DNA of 64,000 nt, taken from assembly GCF_000150275.1 (NCBI RefSeq), contig NW_002060950.1, positions 1,104,106-1,168,105 on the forward strand, written 5' to 3'. The stretch's first letter is position 1. Every line of letters starts with the position of its first letter. Source of the DNA: Trichoplax adhaerens (Eukaryota > Animalia > Placozoa). Positions 27,629 to 38,470 of this stretch are shown here, one piece after another. Both the position numbers and the translations under genes were made by a program. A model generated the notes under the pieces. The model did not search any database and was not told where the DNA came from. It saw only the letters and a list, made by a program, of their open reading frames with translations.

Positions 27629-29550
27629 ATGTGGAATATGTTAGAGAATTACGTTGATAGCCTTAATCCATCAAGCCTTGCTAGATACATTGAGAAAACC
27701 AAATTAATTGATGGAGCGGATCCGTATCGTATTATGAAAGACCAGTGGTCGACAGATGATAAAGATCTTCCCGATATTACTTACCCGGATATTGTAAATT
27801 ATCTAGTCACAACTGAAAGCTCTTATACATTAGAAGACTTAAAAGATTATAGATCTTTGCAATCCTACAATTACTTTGTATCTGGATGGGTATCCGATGT
27901 AATGCATTGTACAATAAATGACCGATCGATAATTATAGCCAAGGTAAGGATACACTCAATATTTCACACTTGCGTAAGATTATTCGATGCTATCAATAAT
28001 ATTTTAGATGCTCGAAGATTATAACAAGTCATCAGCGGATAATTTAATTGCTTTGCTTTTGCAAGTCTCCTTGCAGAACTCTTTTGTGATACAATTTCGT
28101 ATCAACAAAATTTCTGGCTCAAATCACTTTTACTATTATACAGTAGTACCATCAATTTAAGCATTCGTGTATATGACAAATAATTAGCATTATAATTATA
28201 TAACGATAGGTCCAGCGCTCACTAAATGTTAAAGCTGCCCCATTTTTACCGTGGATAATAACTGAATCGAATGGAGTCATTCGAGCAGCACACTGCAACT
28301 GCATTACAGGTTTAGGAGAAACTTGCAGTCATGTAGGTGCAATACTATTCACAGTTGAAGCAGTTGTAAAAGTACGCCAAATGGCTTCAGTTGTTGATGA
28401 ATCTGCTTACTGGTTAATGTCACATAATGTTCAAAAGATTGAATTTAGCAAAGTGCAAGATATTAATTTCGAATCAACGGAAACATTGAAAAGAAAAAAA
28501 AATCAAAATGTAACTATTTCACCTTTTCCAACTGTAAAATCGTCCAATAAAGTTAAAGTACTAGAAGTTGCACCCCCTACTGAGCAAGAGATGGCAAAAT
28601 TTTTTAGAGAACTGCACGAAAGTAACGCAAAATCAGCTATTCTATCATTAATACCTGAATATTGTCATTTTTATGGCCCTTGCTACTTGAATGGCCCTCT
28701 TCCTAAGTTACTTTGTGATCTTTATGATGAAAATTGGACTAAAATGTCCAAATATGAATTATTTGATTACTGTAAAAAAATTATGCTATCCTTTGCGGTT
28801 ACAGCAGAACAAGCAGACGCTATTGAAAAGGAAACCCGTGATCATGACTCAAGTAAGCAATGGTTAATATTTAGGACTGGATTAATTACGGATTCGAAAT
28901 TGAGAGCAGTTTATAGTGACGATATTGGACAACCATCGATCTACCTACTCAAAAGCATTTGCTATCCGAAAAAAGTAAAGCCTAAACAAACAAATTGCTA
29001 TTGCAACCATCTTAAATTAGCGCATGCACTTTATACAGAGACTATGAAATCGCAACATCAAGATTTCGTCATCTATAAATGTGGATTAATTATCAATCCA
29101 TCTTGGCCATTTCTTACTGCACTTCCAGATTACCTAACTAGTTGTCGATGTTGTGGCGAAGGAACACTTCAATTAAAATGTTTATGCTGTAACAAGCCTG
29201 ATGAGTTGATCGATCCATCTGCTGTTGACAATTGCTTTATTAAAACAGAGAATGGACAAATATTGCTGCGTCAAGATCATCCTATTTACTATCAGATCCA
29301 AGCACAAGTCAATATTTCCAGAAAGGCCTATGCAGATATTGTTGTTATAACCAGTCAATTTACTCATGTAGAACGAAATCAATCCAATACCAGGTTTTGG
29401 GAAATCATTATTAAAAAGGTGATCGACTACTTTCGCTATATTATATTACCTGAATTAACCAGTAAATTCTATACAAGATCAAATTCTAAGTTAGCCATTA
29501 CAGATGATCAAAACAAAGACTTTACAGGCGAAGAAGCGCTACTTAGTTAA
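27629..29550 (+). CDS. ISL2EU-derived SWIM zinc finger + YqaJ/lambda-exonuclease-fold protein, 2 exons (~551 aa), active-site motifs degenerate
   Basis: Exon 1 27629-27943 (PDITYPDIVNYLV...YRSLQSYNYFVSGWV), phase-0 GT-AG intron 27944-28209, exon 2 28210-29550 in frame. SWIM motif AHCNCITGLGETCSHVGA; YqaJ motifs W..FRTGLITDS, GLIINPSWPFLTALPDY, CRCCGEGTLQLKC, YYQIQAQ. Confidence 0.88.
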
Positions 29551-30474
29551 CTCGAATCTAATGATTTGGTTTTGCTATCTCTGGTTATAATCCTGTACAA
29601 TCCAATTATACTATAAGCATTCACTTTTATATTCATTACATGATTAACTAGATCGTAGTATTGACATTAATATCTAGATTATAGAAAAATAGAATGTAAT
29701 ATTAACTGTAACTCAGGATCGAATTTGGTGCAATTTATTAATACTAGTGCAAACTCCCGCCGCTTTGCTGACGAATGAAATAAAATATGTTACTTAAGGA
29801 GATAGGCTCAATGTTTATTTCTTTTCGTGTGATGTACTGTAAATTTAATAGCAACCACTGTACAGTATATGCTCCAACTATTCTAGCTGCACGTATAGAG
29901 GCCATTTCAGATCCTCTATCAAATATTTTTCAAGGTATGAATTATGATCCTGTATGAGACATAACTTTAATTCAATTCAATAAAAGTCTGCAATCGGCTT
30001 TCCTGTTTTTCTTCGCTGTGATCTACAAATATGACTATTTATCATTTGTTATTCCACTTCATATCTAAATCTAAAAGTACCATAAATATCTTCCACTATT
30101 ACTAGATCTAAACCTTTTTAAACGTTAGTAACAGGTGGTAAGTTACTTATGGGAAAGCTTAATCATTTATTGCCCAAAACCATTACGAAATTATTCCGTT
30201 GATCGTCAACCTTTTATTATGATTAAATAGAAAGAGCTGAACAGGCTAATACAATTTATGACATGTATCCAAAATTCTGTTATACGTATACTCGTAAGTA
30301 AATCAAAGTTATGCAAATAATTCAATGCTTGATCTCAAAATCGGTTAAAATCACGGCTGCTAGTTTATTAAGTATAAGATTTCAGCCACCAATTTTTATT
30401 TATTCATTACTTTTGCTATGGCTAGTTTGAACCGAATTCATTCCTTCAATGGGCTTGTAAAATGCGTTGGTTCA

Positions 30475-31848
30475 TTAATTGATTGGCACGATGCATGGGC
30501 ATAAATTAAATAAGGCACAACATACAGTAACTATTTTGTCGATGGAAAGCATTTCTTTATGATCTTGAAAGGTGGATAATTTTAAAGTACTTTGTAATAT
30601 TTTATATTTAAGCCGGATGAAGTCAATGATTCTTTCGACTTGAATTGTAATATGGGCTATCTTCCTTGCTCGTTCAATATCGAAAGCCGGTAATTGATTA
30701 TTACCTTTCGCTGAGTTTGGAGTGATTAGTAATGCTCCTTTTGAGCTTACGCTTTCTGCTATATTAAATCTTCTATCAGCTAAGATAATATCGCCAGGCG
30801 ATAGTTGATCTAATATACCGCAATTTTCAGTAATATGTTTATCAGAGACACGACCACCCCAACCTTGAGAAATAAAAGAAATAGTTCCTTGAGGAGTAAC
30901 ACCAATTAGATATTTAATAGTATTATGCATTTTATAAGGCGACCACGTTTTAGCTCTAGCTAATAGATTGGAAGGGCGTTCTATAAATATTTCAAAGCAA
31001 TCGATAATAACGACGATATCGGAGCCAAAATATTGCTTAAATCGGATCGGCATAGTTCGGGTACGTTGGTCTTTATTAGGCCAAATAATAAGAGGTTTCA
31101 ATTTAATATAGAAAGTATTGAGCATTTCCGATACTATTCTCGCTGAAGTCGCCGCTTTAACGCCAAATCGGTAAGCTAAATCTTCTCCACTTAAGTTTAA
31201 GCGCAATTTCATAAGCACTAGAATAAACTTTTGAAAAGAAGTTAAAGAATTGTTGCCATGATAGGTCACATTAGCTATTGTATAGCGATATATTATCATC
31301 ATCATGTTATAGCCTGGCAGTCCGGTATAATATTCAACTTTTTTCTCTTCCTGAAAAGTCTCTGGTGTAATTTGTAGCCGCTTTAATTGGTTGCTCGCCA
31401 TTGTATTTTCTTTTTGTAATCGTTCTATCTCATAAAATAACTGATAGCAAGCATTAGTAATGGCTTCAATTTGCTTATTGACCTTGATAACACTTGATTG
31501 GGATTCATAATTTTCATCATCTTCTTCTTGACTATCATGATACATTATAGGTTTTATTTTAAGGTAAGCTGCAAGTACTGTTTCTTTCAGTTTTAGATTT
31601 TCTTCAATTATTAGTTGCGTGGCTTTTGTTGCTTCGTTATAGACTTCACAGTCTAACTTTAATGGTAAGGTTGTTAAATCAGCTTCTGGATCAATATCAA
31701 ATTGAAAATTGTTATATGATTTTTCTTGTAACATTTCTCTGAGTTGTAGCGTCTCTTCTTTAAATTTAGTTAACATCTCGAGTTCTGTAGATACCCATTG
31801 CGATTCTTCTTTTTCCGTTGCTACCTCTTGCTTATTGCAATCGTCCAT
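30475..31848 (-). CDS. ISL2EU/Harbinger-type DDE transposase-derived protein (coiled coils + HTH + DDE_Tnp_4-like domain), 457 aa from first ATG
   Basis: Uninterrupted ORF. Motifs KVEYYTGLP, LMKLRLNL...DLAYRFGV (HTH), IIDCFEIFIERPS (D), [37 protein letters not shown] (D), QVERII (E), DKIVTVCCALFNL. Confidence 0.92.
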   Translation of the reverse strand: MDDCNKQEVATEKEESQWVSTELEMLTKFKEETLQLREMLQEKSYNNFQFDIDPEADLTTLPLKLDCEVYNEATKATQLIIEENLKLKETVLAAYLKIKPIMYHDSQEEDDENYESQSSVIKVNKQIEAITNACYQLFYEIERLQKENTMASNQLKRLQITPETFQEEKKVEYYTGLPGYNMMMIIYRYTIANVTYHGNNSLTSFQKFILVLMKLRLNLSGEDLAYRFGVKAATSARIVSEMLNTFYIKLKPLIIWPNKDQRTRTMPIRFKQYFGSDIVVIIDCFEIFIERPSNLLARAKTWSPYKMHNTIKYLIGVTPQGTISFISQGWGGRVSDKHITENCGILDQLSPGDIILADRRFNIAESVSSKGALLITPNSAKGNNQLPAFDIERARKIAHITIQVERIIDFIRLKYKILQSTLKLSTFQDHKEMLSIDKIVTVCCALFNLCPCIVPIN

Positions 31849-32200
31849 GATAATTGTGAATTGCGAGTAGTATGCAATTGAAGTAATCAATGCTAGGACG
31901 TAGTGGTTAGCAACCTGATTGAGAACTTATTTTATGTTGCAATTGATCTGTCTCGCGTTTAAAGACAACAATTCAATACTAATGGCTGAAATTGAAATGA
32001 TTTTGAGGAATTACTCCTTCGTCGATGCTATCATCTTTAACCAATCACTTCGATAGGTAGGTGGAATAGCAAGAGCACTTTTAATCTTTAACTGATTTGA
32101 AATATGCGTTCAAAGACCATTTGAAGGATTTTCACTATTCGCTCTTTTCAAGAGGTAAAATTGCCTTCAGTTCAATTCTAGTTTTTCGTTTACTCCCTAA

Positions 32201-32408
32201 AATGCTTGATTTTAAGATTAATTCAGAAGAATTTCGGTAGATACAGATCGTAGTATTATGCGTATAAATGCATAAAGATATCGAGATGTCGTTTAATATT
32301 ATCTCCAGAATGCTTGATTTAAATACTGATCGGAATAATTGAAGTAGATACAAGTCATAGCATTTTGCGTACAAATGCACGAGGATATGGATCTGTCATT
32401 TAATATCA
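32201..32408. repeat. Degenerate ~107 bp tandem duplication between the two transposase copies
   Basis: AATGCTTGATTT...GTAGATACA...TGCGTAYAAATGCA...TTTAATAT begins at ~32201 and ~32309. Confidence 0.75.
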
Positions 32409-33007
32409 ATTTATTAAGTACAGTGTTTGTCTTATAGTGTTAGCATCTAATTTCATATTTTTTATTGATTAAAGTAGAATATTATTTTATAAATGCAATC
32501 AATAATTACTATGGGGTCATCGTAGGCGTTTAATAAATTCTTAGAAAGCACCAGAATTCATAGCAGAGTTATAAAGCAATAAATTTTTCATTTTAATAGG
32601 CAATAGTAAAAGACTAATTGGAGTAATAGCTTACACACTGTTGTGTAATTTTTACTTGCTATTATCTTACTTAGGAAGATTAATAGATTTATATTGCACA
32701 TTTATTTATAAATCCTTTAAATACTCCTAAAAAGGATGGATTACACATGATTGAATTGTTGCTTTAGCATTTGATGATGCTAGATTACGAACTAGAGAAA
32801 TACTTCTAACCTTACTAATGTCCCCATCTTAACTAGGTAAATTAACAGAGTCATCATATTCCTTCATAAACTAGTAACAAGTATATACGTAAGTAAGGTA
32901 ACAAAGCCATGATTAATGGACGGTAATAGACAAAGATCAATCATAATAATCTTCTAATTTTTCTAATTTCCGCTCGTTACAACGCATAGGTTAGTTAAGA
33001 AATCAAT

Positions 33008-33700
33008 TTAAACTCTACTGCTAGGAATGATCGATGGACAAAAGTTAACTAGAGCGCAACATACTGTAACTATTTTGTCGATGCTTGCTATATCATTATG
33101 AACTCGAAAATAAGTTAATGGCAAAACATCTTGCAGTATCTTATATTTATTACGGATGAGACCAATGATTCTTTCGACTTGAATTGTAATATGGGCTATC
33201 TTCCTTGCTCGTTCAATATCGAATGCGGGTAATTGATTATTACCTTTCGCTGAGTTTGAAGTTATTAGTACTGCTCCTTTTGAGCTTATGCTTTCTGCTA
33301 TATTAAATCCTCTATCAGCTAAGATAATATCGCCAGGCGATAGTCGATCTAATATACCGCAATTTTCAGTAATATATTTATCAGACACGACCACCTCAAC
33401 CTTGAGAAATAAAAGAAATATTTCCTTGAGGAGTAACACCAATTAGATATTTAATAGTATTATGCATTTTATAAGGCGGCCACGTTTTTAGCTCTAGCTA
33501 ATAGATTGGAAGGGCATTCTATAAATATTTCAAAGCAATCGATAATAACGACGATATCGGAGCCAAAATATTGCTTAAATCGGATCGGCATAGTTCGAGT
33601 ACGTTGGTCTTTATCAGGCCAAATAATGAAAGGTTTCAATTTAATATAGAAAGTATGAAGTCCTTGCATAAATTTTCTTGATATTGTAGTACAAGAACAT
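33008..33700 (-). pseudogene. 5'-truncated, frameshifted second copy of the ISL2EU transposase
   Basis: 33164-33655 is near-identical to 30625-31115 but has a 1-bp insertion (~33485) and a 2-bp deletion (~33384). These split it into ORFs 33469-33669 and 33008-33442. The N-terminal half is absent. Confidence 0.88.
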
Positions 33701-34538
33701 TCATTGAGTAGAAAATTACTGAAATTCTTAATACTACATAATGGAAGACTGTGCTCTTCTTACTAATAACGGAATCGAGAGCTTTTCCTACGAAATCAAC
33801 GACTACAGTATCGAGATAATTAAAACAATCTTTTTTAGGGTTTGATGTAGTGATATAAAAATTTGGTTGTGCATTAAAAACGAAATAAATTATCAAGAAA
33901 TCTAAACTTAATATAGCTAGTGTATAGCGCTGTTAAAAGTAGAAATAGATTGTTGAGGATCTCTCAATAACAAATACCATGTATAACACTGACAACGATT
34001 TGTTCAATTATTTTTATTAGGTTAGATGGAAAGTGTGCTTCAATTCATATCCCAATCTCCACTGTATTATTCAATCTTATGTAATCATTTCTTGGAGATA
34101 CGTTTATACTTTGCTTGTTAACCATATCCACATTATCAGTAGGTTATAGTGCTTTATAATCTAAATTCAGTTAACTATTCTTATTCATTTCATTCTGATA
34201 TCAGAACTAATTTTAACTACTGTATTATATTATATAAAAGCAGTTCAATCTTCACTTTTTAAAATATAATTTGGAGATAAACAGTAGAGTTGAATGTTAA
34301 CTGTTCAGTAATTTGCGTATAGCAATCTTTGTAGACTACAATGATATATCATGCTATCATTGTCCAATTCTCTCTATATATAGTTGTGATTATATCCAAA
34401 ACGATGTTATAAATAGCGATAGAAAGCAAACACAATATTAGATTGATAGGATAGAATTGCTATATGATAGGAGTTATGGTCATAGTTGATGCTGACGATA
34501 CCGTAGCATGCCTATGTGATGTAGTAGCTCTCCTGCCA

Positions 34539-37500
34539 TTACCAATTGACTAATCTTTGATTATCGTTAGAATCTCCATTTGAATAATGATATCTTAAAT
34601 TATACAGTCTAGTTGACACATTACAAAAAAAAATAGATAAGACAAAGACAGCAATAGCGAACGTGATTAACAGGATAGTTACCAATATTAAAGCTAGATT
34701 TTTATTCGATATTATTCTATAGGTACTGCTAATATTAATTGATGTCGATGTACTTGATTCGGATGATGTGGCTATTTTTAAATGGCTTATATTAATCTGA
34801 TCGTTAGGTTGCTCACATCGATAGTACTTAACTTGTAGTAATTTCTTCTCGATACCTTTCTTGCATTGATCAGCAGGTAATTTTCGATAGAGCTGGATTG
34901 ATGGCAAAGTTTGGTTACACTTAATATTGTTATTGAATGATGTCGGATATACGCTACAAGTATAGTTATTTTGACTGTTATTGCTATTTATTCTTCGAAA
35001 ACCAAAATTGCACGTGAAATCATCTTGTGTACAAGAACATGCTGTTGTCGATAATAATCCTTGATATCCTGCACGATGGATACAGCAAGAAGTATTTTTA
35101 CGCAATCGATAGCTTTTTACTTGACCAAGGATGCAATGATGCTGATTACTTCGCGTATAACTTCCCGATTTCCAGGTATAATAATCGTTGGTATTACAAT
35201 ATCGTCGCATAATTTTAGAAAAATCCAACGTTATAGCGGACCAGATAGAATGTTGACTAAAATTGCAACTTAACATGTTCAAAACAAGCGATTGATAGTC
35301 TGGATTATCTACTACAAATGTTGCTACACTAGTAACATTCTTAATGTTTAGACGATGCCATTGGTTTCCATTATTACAACTGTAGAGGATACTAATTCCA
35401 TTTCGATTGTAAGCTAACGATGACTTGCTTGTTGCAATGACTGAGCCATAATCTAATAGTGCGTAGGAATAATGATAATCAGATGAAATCTTCCATGTAT
35501 GACCACCATCTTGGGAGATGACTAGAACTTGCTCGAGTGAATTTAGTGATTTCCCGCAGTTTCCGGCTGCTAAGATTAAACCTGGTACTGTAGCACTAGT
35601 AATAATATCTCGAATGATCAACAGCTTTGATGTTCGTTTTAGTTGGATATGTAAGGAACAGTTTGGTAATTGGCAATCTTGGCAATGACCATTAAAAGAA
35701 TTTTGTGGCGGATTAATCAATTGCCAAGTTACTCCTTTATTGAAAGTAATTTTGGTTACAATACCATTCTCTCCATTTTGGTTAGCAAAGTAGGTTCCGC
35801 CCTGGCTATGAACTTTGTAGAAGGCGATACGATGGTTATTAACAGATCTAATTTTAACATTTAAATTGGATAACGATAAGTGAAAATGCGTCCCTTCTCG
35901 ATTAGATATATACAGATGGGTACTCTTATATAGACTATGATGGCCAGCTAATGTAATTACATCTTCACTTGTATCTAAAACCGTGATACCCTAGATTTTG
36001 ATCCAAAGAATAGCAAGTTAATAAATTTATTGCAATCGCTAAATAAATTCCAAATTGTAAGACGACCTGTATTACCTGTAATAACATTTCACTAGGCAAT
36101 GTGGCTAAATTGAATAATTTACGATCGTAAGAAACATATAGTCTAACATTGTTTCCATGTTTCTTCTATAAGTGTATCGAAATGCAAAAGTCCGTTTTAT
36201 TTGTCAAACAAGTGGTTGAAAGCATTCATTTAACTTATTCTTACGTTTGCTGCGAAAAAAATTTAAATATTTCAACTTACTAAGGCGATCACGTATTTCT
36301 CTTTTACTATTAGGCTGTCAGCTAAAATAGATGTTAAACTGGTCTGCCATAGGATACTTGTCGATGTACGGATAATATACTTGTAGATATTAGATGTCAA
36401 TTTTGAACTGGCTTTTTCGTAATAAATAATTGCCGGGTCAATATCTACTTTGGGTACACCCCTAAAATTTTGGACATAAAGAGAAGAATCAAATGTAATA
36501 TAAATATGCTATAAACTGAATTATTTCTTTTTTACTCTTTGATCGACAGAAACTGCAAACCGGTAACTAAAAATAATTTATGTTACAAACTCTCACCAAA
36601 AGTATCGATTGACGCCTGTATCGATCAAATTCCATGAAAAACCAAAGTTCTTAGATATGTAAAGCTATGCAGTATAATTATGATTACAATAATAAATGAA
36701 AATGATTGCAGGATATCGAGTTTTTGCAAAACTTTTACATTATTATACTGCACTTAAATATTGAAATTTACTTTACTATATTAAGTGCATCTGCATATGT
36801 ATAATAAACACTCGGTAGTAATTTGTCACTAGTGGTAGTTTCTTAGCAAATTATTACTTCTACAATATTTTAAAGTACGTAGGTGCCAAACTGCATTGCT
36901 ATAAAAATGAGTAGCTTAGCATACTAAAGATAATAAATGATGTTTAGATTGAACATTTCGATCTTGGGATGATTACATAGTTTGAGTATTGCGTCTAATT
37001 AGTAGTAAGATATGTTATAATAAAATCTTCAAAGATGTACGATACCTTTTTTCTTCTACTGTCGCAGCCTAGCAGCCACGTTGAATACTGAGGACTAGGG
37101 TGGAAGATGAGTTTTACAGGATTAAATGGTACTTTTATCACTGCGGTAAACGTTTTCGCTGAGTTATGCGAAAGAAGAATGATTCTGCAATGGCTACAAG
37201 TAATGATAATCTAAGATTGAAAAAAGAATGAATATGATTCAGTTTGCTTAAAGTTTAATCTATCATGAACGTAACTAAGATTTCATTTTATTTTATCATT
37301 TCGTAGGTGGATTGTAAGTTAGGATATAGATACGCTTTAGAATGGATGAGTGCAAGTTTCTTACCACATTGCCATTATAGAGATTGATATATAAGTACAG
37401 CTCAATACGTACAGTATATAATTCAAATTGGATTGTTACCTTACTACCGTTATGGGGGTTTCGATATAACTTTCGTAATTTTCGACATCTTTCCGGTGGC

Positions 37501-38470
37501 TTTATGACATCATAGCTGAGGCCCCGATCTTCAGATCTGATTTTTTAAAGAAATATTGGCAACTCATTTCTTTATTCAATTTCTAGGTAATTTATTATAT
37601 TGAAATATCTAGCTTATATCATAGATGTAGTCAAGAAGGAAACTTTAAACTTTACTTTATTAGTTGTTCTTCTATCGATACTGAAGTAATTCGCTAAACA
37701 GTGAATCAACATTTCAGCAAATATATACGATTTAAAACTAATCAAGCTAATAACATTTTCTTAACCTGAATATTCTGTTTCGGAATGGGCTCAATCTGCT
37801 GTTGTATTTCTTGGATAAAATCACTATAATCTGAAGATGTGATCAAAAATACGATTAAAGCAAAGGATATCATTTTTAATCAACACATTTATTACAGAAA
37901 ACTTGAATGGCTATAATGGTTATTTTTGACAGATAATGCATAATTTATGACTTATTTCCAATCGTTTTAATCGACGATTACTTCTAATCATAACTCTAAT
38001 TTTAATCCATCGAACAGTATGCAATAAGGCTGTTACGGCAAATTAATTCGATATGCTAGTAATTTATTACCATAACAGTACTATATGTCGTTTTCTTTCA
38101 GCAGCTAGCTAAATATAATGCTTACAGTTGGAGAGATGAGTTATTTAAGTTGTCGATTATTGTCAATTTCTCTTACATTATGCCTTTCTCCCGTGTAGTA
38201 GATGGAAATCGAAGGCCCAGATTGATTCAGTTTGGTGATTGTCACTAATTGATCGATATCAAAACTTTCAATGATTTTAGTCAAATTGTCCAGTTTACTT
38301 TTTTCGACCGATCGAGTTCGTCGTTTGATAGAGTTGGAGCTCTTCTGAAGCCATTTACTTCTATTTAATTGAATTTCAGTTGTTTCCAGTTCTTGTCCAG
38401 TATTTACCTCCATATCCACGCAGGAAGATAGGGCTAGAATAACCACCGCGATATTAAATCGCTTATTCAT
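34539..38470 (-). CDS. Vps10p-domain receptor (SorCS/sortilin family), multi-exon, type I membrane protein
   Basis: Signal peptide MNKRFNIAVVILALSSC; furin-type site KRRTRS; Asp-box repeats (SKNFGFSW, TFNKGVTW, SQDGGHTW, SCNNGNQW); CSLHIQL and PGLILAAGN motifs; 10CC cysteine module; Ser/Thr stalk, TM helix and short tail. Large terminal exon 34539-35990. Confidence 0.9.

Larger units (their letters stand above)
27629..33700. mobile_element. ISL2EU (PIF/Harbinger superfamily) transposon-derived module: convergent YqaJ gene and transposase, plus a tandem transposase remnant; no terminal inverted repeats seen
   Basis: A DDE transposase paired with a SWIM-YqaJ exonuclease gene is the known two-gene content of ISL2EU elements. 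The module interrupts otherwise perfect strand alternation of the host genes. Confidence 0.8.

Noticed and set aside
31849-31890. ORF-track N-terminal extension of the transposase
   Set aside because: It begins at TTG; the first ATG is at 31848. Many other ORF-track entries likewise use non-ATG starts or run into introns.
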